A stretch of 64,000 nucleotides of DNA from Octopus vulgaris (lineage: Eukaryota), in assembly GCA_951406725.2 (NCBI GenBank), contig OX597823.1, positions 43,028,001 through 43,092,000 on the forward strand, read 5' to 3'. The notes under the pieces were generated by a model. The model worked only from the letters and a program-made list of their open reading frames with translations. It was not told where the DNA came from and ran no database searches. This document shows, in pieces, positions 56,552 through 64,000 of this stretch (positions are counted from its first letter, which is position 1; each line of letters begins with the position of its first letter). A program made the position numbers and the translations under genes.

Positions 56552-56656
56552 TTGACTTAAACAGGATTCGAATAATCCTATCAGGTGGTGCTATTAAGTT
56601 AGACATGGCCTGGACCAATCTCTGGTCGAAACATATCTAAGTTTTATCTAAGTTTT

Positions 56657-56689
<33 letters not shown>

Positions 56690-58619
56690 TTGTGTGTACG
56701 TATAAATGTGTGTATACATATGCTAATATATATATATATATATATATACAAATATAGACATATGTATGCACGCGTTTATATATCTGAACATATACACATG
56801 CACAAAAGTTAATAGTAATAGAAAAATATCTTTATGTGTACGCATCGTTTTTACGGGAACAATTACATGACACAGAAAAAAAATTAACCATTTATAAAGA
56901 TGTCAGTTACAGAAAAAGTAGACCTGTGTTTGAAGTTGACTCCACGATAAATTTCTACGTTTAAATTTCATATTTCTTTAGAAAATGAAATGTCATGTTT
57001 TACTTCGGGTTTTTTCTTTCGTTCTTTCTATTCTCTGTACGAAAATATGTTGTAGAATCACATTTTTCAGTTATAAATAGCCGTGCATAGCATTATGCAC
57101 ATTTATTTATGCAACCATGTTGAAGTGAGCGATAAATTTGTTATGCGTTGTCAGTAAATGCGTATATGTGTTTCTGTTTTCACGTTGATAATGACTTCGT
57201 ATAGTTATCGTATCGTTTTATGTCTTTTCATTTTTATTTTATCTAGATTTCTGGTGTAATACAGAAATCAGAAAGGTATGAGAATGCTAACTAAAACTAT
57301 TTTCGGTATCAGTAATAATAACACAAATATTGATGCATCGGCAAATTGATTTGTATGTACCGCTGATTGGTCTATCATTTCTTAGTTGAATAACTGGTTA
57401 TTTGACAGAGGAGGTTAATTGCGACAAATTTTGTAGCGCGAGGTGAAGAAATATATTAGAAAGATTTGTCTTTTTCTTTTCTCTTCTCGATTCTTTCTTT
57501 TAATGAAACGTTTGCAAAAGGTTATTCTTGAACAACCAAATGTATGTTCCTAATTGCATTATACTACAAATACTTTAAATGGAATACCTATAAAAAAAGT
57601 ATTTTTAATAGTAACAGAAGGCCAAATATTTTGTAGACGAATATCATCGATGAAAGTCACTGCAGTATTCAGTTGATATTTATCATATTGCCCGCTAAGG
57701 TGAATAGAAAGTCAAATTTAATCCTGGCAAGTCTATATTTCTGAATGGAAAAATAGGAGTTAAGTATTTCAAGCTATTTTATTTATTCAACATCCAAAAG
57801 ATGGTACACGGTTACTGGTGGGTATTTCCAAACAAAGGTAAAGTCGTTACTTCTTTTTATATCTAATAGACACCGTTTTAAGAGTTGCCTTAACAAATAG
57901 TTGCAGCGTGCAGCACGGATTTTTGTCAGTGAACAGGTCGCGGTCTTAAAGCGACGAAAATATTTTGACAAATTATACTTAAATGTTGAAGTGAATCGAA
58001 CGGCTTTTGTGTGTTTCTTAAATGGCTTACAAACACCTTCCACGCTGCAATTGTTTTCGTTTCAGCATACGATCTCAGATCAAATCACTTGTTATGCAAG
58101 TACATCTCCGTAAAACTTAAAAGTGTTGGATTATAAATGTATAGGTATATTATATAAATTTTGTACATTTTAGCAACCATCAGCTAATAAAAGAACAACG
58201 TTTACAACACATACTCAGCATAATAAATAACAAACAAGTAATAATACAGACCACACATACTATACAAAATCACAACCGAATAAAATAACGCAACAAATAT
58301 TCGATACTCGATACAATACCTCACTCTCTATACATTTGTTACCCTTTTTTGTTATTTGTTGAGTCTGGTGGCAAGGGCATGCCATAACGTTTGATGTCAT
58401 TAATATTCCGTTTAAGGTGTTGTATTTGACACATAGAGGAAAGACATGATAAGAGGGTATATTCTAGCGGAATGATGTTCAGAGGGGGAAGAAGAGTGTA
58501 TAGTAGTCATTGCAGGAACAAGTCTTTTGGATACAAGACGAGATCTGGGGGGGATGAGTGTGTTCGATGTAACACAGACATGGACATACAAGGCCAACGG
58601 CCCGTAAAGAGCTCTTTTT

Positions 58620-59020
58620 GCAGGGCTATGTGGTAAGAAGCTTGCTTCCAAACAACATGGTTCTGGGTTCAGTCTCATTGCGTGGCACCTTGGGTAAGTA
58701 TCTTCTATTATAGCCACGAGCCAGCCAAAGCCTTGTGAGTGGATTTGGTAGACGGAAACTGAGAGAAGCCTGTCATGTATGTGTGTGTGTCTGAGTGTCT
58801 GTCTGTCTGTTTTTCCCCACTACCACTTGACAACCGGTGTTTGTGTGTTTACGTCTACGTAACTTCAGCGGTTCGGCAATAGACCAATAAAGTAGGTACC
58901 AGGCATATAAAGAATAAGTACTGGGGTGGATTCATTCGGCTAAAAAATATTCTTCAAGATGGTGCCCCGGTATAGCCGCAGTATAATGACTAAAACAAAC
59001 AAGAAAAACAACAAGAAAAG
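58620..59020 (+). mobile_element. tRNA-derived SINE, family A (copy 4, best preserved)
   Basis: A-box GGCTATGTGG, B-box GGTTCAGTCTC, CORE-like ccttgggtaagt, and family A 3' half. Confidence 0.85.
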
Positions 59021-59326
59021 AAACCTGACTCTGGAACAGAGACTGAAGTGTGTCCCTTGGTGAAAGAATACCAATGTGTCGAATAGCTCTTCTCTATTAA
59101 ATATAACACAACTATCACAGACCATATACTACGCAATTTACGTTCAGCATTAACACACGCAATACCAAATCACACAGCATTGAAGAAACGTAAAACTACT
59201 CTACAGAATAACACACATTGCACATCATCTACAAAAACTCGAAACAATCTGCTTGCTGCAGAAATAGCAAAACTCCTAGAACTAAACGAAACTGATATAA
59301 TATACAAATTTCGATATTGTCCGTCG

Positions 59327-59394
<68 letters not shown>

Positions 59395-59429
59395 TGTGTG
59401 TGTACGTATGTATATATGTGTGTGTGTGT

Positions 59430-59640
59430 GTATATCTTTGCGTGTTTGTGTTTGTCCCCCCAACATCGCTTGACAACCGATGCCGGTGTGTTTACGTCCC
59501 CGTAACTTAGCGGTTCTGCAAAAGAGACCGATAGAATAAGTACTAGGCTTACAAAGAATAAATTCTGTGGTCGGTTTGCTCGATTAAAGGTGGTGCTCCA
59601 GCATGGCCACAGTCAAATGACTACAACAAGTAAAAGAGAG
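59430..59640 (+). mobile_element. SINE family A, 3' half only (copy 5)
   Basis: Matches the 3' half of 58800-59020. Confidence 0.8.
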
Positions 59641-60218
59641 TATCACCGTACAGTACAAGGTGTTGGAGTAGCGAATAAATGCTATATGCTTCAAATTTGT
59701 CTGTCATTAACCTGTTCCAGAATGTGTACGTGTTTGTGTGTGTGTGTGTTTCCAAAACAAATATGCTTTTCCTCGAACTGTAATTTTTACGCATTTCGAT
59801 CGAATCCCCAACGAGTTAAAACGGGATGTCCAAATTACAATGTAAACTTCATTTAATCAAGGTGTCCTTGGCCTGAAGAGCAGCTTCCGGTCTAACCTCA
59901 TTTTGATAGTTACAGATTCCGAGCTTCTGCTAGGTATGAAACAACTGTAGCCCGGATTTTATCTACAGTATTCATGAATTTTGGAATGTTATTGCTGACC
60001 GCGAACAATTAAATTAACTTTTTCAGCTGATTGTACTTCCATACGAGAAACATTCAAAACCTTCTGTGCCAATAAACCACTACTGTTCCTGAAAGCTATT
60101 TTTCATATCTTCTACCGATTGTAACGTCTTACACCTTGGCCCTTGGATTTTATCTTCACACACACATATGAGTACGTGCGTGTATGTATATATGCATGTA
60201 TGTATATACATATATGTA

Positions 60219-60256
<38 letters not shown>

Positions 60257-60261
<5 letters not shown>

Positions 60262-60525
60262 TGTTCCTTCTCGAGCCATGCCTGGCTCATAAGGGCTGGT
60301 TTCCTTGGCGTAAAGGTTCCCCACAGGTGAGCTACAAGATACAGGAGGAAAGAGTGAGAGAAATTTGTGGCGAAGGAGTCAGCAGAGGTTCGCCATTACC
60401 TTCTGCTGGAGCTGCGTGGAGCTTTAGGTATTTCACGCTTAAACACACATCGCCCGGTCTCAGATTCGACCCTGCGATCCCTCCACCGCGAGTCCGCTGC
60501 TCTAACCACTAGGCCATGTGTCTCC
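60257..60525 (-). mobile_element. tRNA-derived SINE, family C (copy 2, different tail), inside (TA)n
   Basis: Head and body similar to 26307-26510. Tail gcccttatgagccaggcatggctcgagaaggaacaaacaa differs. Confidence 0.8.
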
Positions 60526-60530
60526 ACATG

Positions 60531-60650
<120 letters not shown>

Positions 60651-60825
60651 GTTTAAATATTTGTTGTGCAAGATTTTTTATGTGAAGTCGTGTGTTGAAA
60701 CAGATATTGTTATATTTCGGAATGGTCATATTGCCAGTTTAGCCAATAAAAACACACGCACTATATATTTGGTGTTATTTTGCTTCAGTGATATTTATTT
60801 TTTACATTAATCTTAATCTTATTTC

Positions 60826-60870
60826 GGCCAAAGTTCTTTCGTCACACTCCTGTGACCGCATCAGTGGTCC
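60826..60870 (-). ncRNA. Type I hammerhead-like motif, CUGAUGC core variant
   Basis: ggacca-CTGATGC-g-gtcaca ggag tgtgac-GAA-ag aa ct-T-tggcc. Confidence 0.6.
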
Positions 60871-61352
60871 TTTGTTTTCTTCTCACTTACTTGTGTCTCT
60901 CCTTACTAACCGTCAGCCATTTTGTATTTCTATTGTATGTCTTCATTTGCGCATGCTTATATCTCTATGTGCGTCTATGTTTATTTAGTGTGTGTGGGGG
61001 GGGATGCCTGTAATATTTGTATCTTCTGGTTATATACATTCTTGTAATTTGTATTTTGTTTTTGTTGTTGTTGCTTTTGTTCTAATTTTGTTCATGTGTT
61101 TACATCCACCCATTATTATCATTACATATGCTTGTATGTATGTATAACAACAATATTAGTAATAATAATAATAAATCTAATCAAAAAAAAAAAAAAAAAA
61201 AGAATATACATATACATATATATATATATACATACATATACATATACATATACATATATATACATATATACACACATATATACACATATAGATATTCATT
61301 TCTATTTCTTTAATTACCTGTGTATTTATTATGTTTGCAGGATCCACTATTG

Positions 61353-62776
61353 TCATATGTTGTGGTGTGCGCTATTGCTCCATTCTAGTTTTCTATTCAG
61401 GCTAGGTTTATTTTCTATTATATGTGTAGCTTCTGTAATTTGTCTAATTGTTGCATCTGTTCTATGTGTGGACAATATCTTAATCTCTATGTTATTGATT
61501 GATCCCCCGTGTTCTTGTTCGGCGTGTTGGTACAGAATCGATGAGCTTTTACCTTCCTTGAGTTGTCTCCAATGTTCATTCACCCGCTCACCAATGCTTC
61601 TTGCAGTTTCCCCTACGTATGTTACTGTCTTGTTACTGCATCGTCCCTCTATACATCTTATACTATAGACCACATTTCTGGCTTTACAGTTCGTTTGTGG
61701 GCTAAATCTACATACAGTGCAATAGTTATCCGTACAGAGAGTTCTACTAAAAGGATAGCTTCTACCAATTATAGATCTGATAGGGTTGCCTGGCTTTTCA
61801 ACAACCTTAATTCTTAGTTTAAGTTTATCTAGGGTCCTTCTAAAGCGGTACGCTAGTTCACCTCCAGGGGTGGTGTCAACGAACATGACACTCTGGTATT
61901 TATGGCTATCATACCAAGAGTTGGCCTTCCCTATTTTCTTTTTTGTCCTTTCTATAGTGTTCCATGACTTGTTCCTATAGAGTGGGCAAATCCCATTCCT
62001 ATCATTACATAATATATTATCAAATTTCTTCATGGCTCCTTTGTATACTCTGATCCTTTCTTTATGGCTGTAACCTGAGAACTGCATGCGGTGAATGAAA
62101 TACTGTATGTGTCTCTTTAATTCTGTAGGCTCGCACATGCGTGACACATTTCTCATTATTCTGACGAGGTCTGCCATCAAAATATTGAATTTGGCATTGC
62201 CCGCAATGGCTGAGTTCCGGTGGATCAGGTATTTTGAGGCCATAGGTTTTGCATAGTATGAATGAAGGATTTGGGTTTTATTTTTCACAATTTCTAGCCA
62301 GAGTTCAGTGTCTAGTACTGGTAGTCTATGGTTGGGGTGTTTAGTGGGGTAGTCTATTGTGACCTTAATACTCTGGTGGATGGAGTTAGCTATTTGCTGG
62401 ATGCTCTCCATAGTATTAGTTTCTATTACTATATCAACAGTACTCTCTTGTGGGGGTGCCTTTACTACTATATTGATATCATCAACATAGCGAGAGTACA
62501 TGTTTACGAGTATGGATTTCTGCAGTAGGCATTCTTTAAGCCTTCTGTCCCACCATACCATGAAGAGGTTGGCCACATCACCAGCGATACTAACACCGAT
62601 GGCTGCCCCCACGTCCTGGGCATATATTTTATTATTAAATTTAAATGTGTGGCCTTTTAGGGTAACTCTTATACTAGCTCCTAGTGCATGTGCGATCATT
62701 TTCTTTACCTGATGGACATTTGCGGGGCTCCGTATGGCTCTGGTCCATCCGCGCCATCTTTCTATATGTGTCTTCC
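61353..62776 (-). CDS. PLE RT (C-half) + GIY-YIG, uninterrupted but 5'-truncated
   Basis: 448-aa ORF whose frame stays open upstream (RKTHIERWRGWTRAIRSPANVHQVKK) up to the junction. Confidence 0.8.
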
Positions 62777-62811
62777 TAGGGTTCGTGTTGTTGTTGTTGT
62801 TGCCGCTGTTA

Positions 62812-64000
62812 TTATGGAAGATGTGCTACTACCAGAAGAGTTCAATAAAGACAATGAAGCGAACATCTATGGGGGAGTAACAACGGACCCAGATGAAATA
62901 TCGATACTTCAACTACCACCAAAGTATGCAGTGTATAGTAAAGTGAATACCATCAAATGCCTGTCCGAGATTGAAAAGTCGTTCACAAAAATACGTTGGA
63001 ATTTAAATAGATACTATGACAACAACACTTGCGACAACAACAACAACGCGAAAAACACTAACCGCAGCAACAACAACACAAACAATAATGACCGCAACAA
63101 TAACAACCGTAGCAACAAAAGCAACACGAACCCTAACAGCGGCAACAACAACAACAACACGAACCCTAACAGCGACAACAACAATAACAATAGAAAAAAT
63201 GTATGCATAGACACAAACAATAGATACAAAAACAAAAACACAAACAGAGAGAGAAAAATCGTATACAACAGCAACAACAACAACAATTATAGGGAGAACC
63301 GACACACAAACACACACACAGATAGCCATAGTCACAAAGACACGAATAAAAGTTGTGTCATAGGGGTCACGATGGAGAATAAAGTTGAATGCAACAGGAT
63401 CCTTGGACAGGGAGTCAGCGGACTTGAAACAGATAACAATACTCATAGGAACAAAAATAACGACCGCAACAGGGGGATTGACAGGGACCAACAGACAGAC
63501 ATAAAACCCAACACTAATATAAACAATGTACCAGAAACAGGAACAATGAATATATCACTAGCGATGATAGTAATAATGGCAATGGTAGGAATAAAGGTAA
63601 TAACAATAATAGTGGTAGTAGTAGTGGTGATGGTAACAGTAGAAGTAGTAATGAGGATAGTAGTGATAGTTGTGGTGGTAATAGGAATACTAGTAGTAGT
63701 GGTAATGGTGATAATAATAATAGGAAGGCTGATGTTGGAAACAGTAACGATAATGAAGATAACCCTAGAGAGACCATTGACATGTATACCCATCCCTTTG
63801 ACACTCAATTCTTCAACGTATGCGACAAAACTTACTGCATGAACCGAATTTATCCAACAACATTACCCTTCAACAAAAGAGTATACATCCCAAGACGTAC
63901 TAATGACCACATGGAAGCACAGTTCACTATAGCTAGGACCAAACTTAGACAGATTTTAGGATTATACATTAAGAGACAGAGACAGAATAAGACAGATGCC
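62812..64000 (+). mobile_element. N-terminal part of a Naiad-type PLE ORF in opposite orientation, running off the window
   Basis: ILQLPPKYAVY...EIEKSFTKIRW, long Asn/Ser/Gly-rich spacer with a frameshift near 63.5 kb, then PTTLPFNKRVYIP. Confidence 0.6.

Larger units (their letters stand above)
53327..56656 (+). mobile_element. CR1-group LINE with near-complete ORF2 (APE endonuclease + RT)
   Basis: LNVRGI, LTETHL, RADR...GGTAIF, GLYRPP, MGDFNLP, ILDLVLTN, SDH (APE) and a full RT motif set. One frameshift near 53880, tandem (TATCTAAGTTT) tail, (TA)n flanks. Confidence 0.95.

Noticed and set aside
53276-56750. ~50-bp similar sequences flanking the long LINE as a target-site duplication
   Set aside because: The copies have mismatches, are low-complexity and the right one is offset from the element end. 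More likely an older local duplication
61353-61355. TGA as selenocysteine (some Naiads encode selenoproteins)
   Set aside because: It follows the normal terminal LNRKxEW motif, with no downstream domain or recognisable SECIS

Overview
Eukaryotic, AT-rich, microsatellite-saturated intergenic or intronic DNA. The repeat landscape resembles an octopus (coleoid cephalopod) genome, which is an inference. I cannot support any host protein-coding gene: most ORFs in the track are microsatellite artefacts (poly YI, CV, TH, YLSI). The real coding signal is retroelements. These are a Tx1/L1-clade LINE in (GATA)n, two long CR1-group LINEs in (TA)n (one with near-intact APE+RT ORF2), RTE and R4/Dong-type fragments, and Penelope-like elements (PLEs) resembling four clades (Poseidon, Neptune, Naiad, Nematis-like). 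The window also holds three tRNA-derived SINE families, a non-autonomous Helitron, a hAT remnant and an interstitial telomere-like array. Three observations stand out. (1) About eight hammerhead-ribozyme folds were read by eye, several with non-canonical cores (a U3:A8 compensatory pair, a recurrent U4C, an A9C variant and a type II topology), some in short ORF-less cassettes lodged in (TA)n. (2) Two separate SINE/LINE 3'-tail partnerships are visible in the same window. (3) A Naiad PLE is split into head-to-head halves joined by a templated 35-bp inverted patch.
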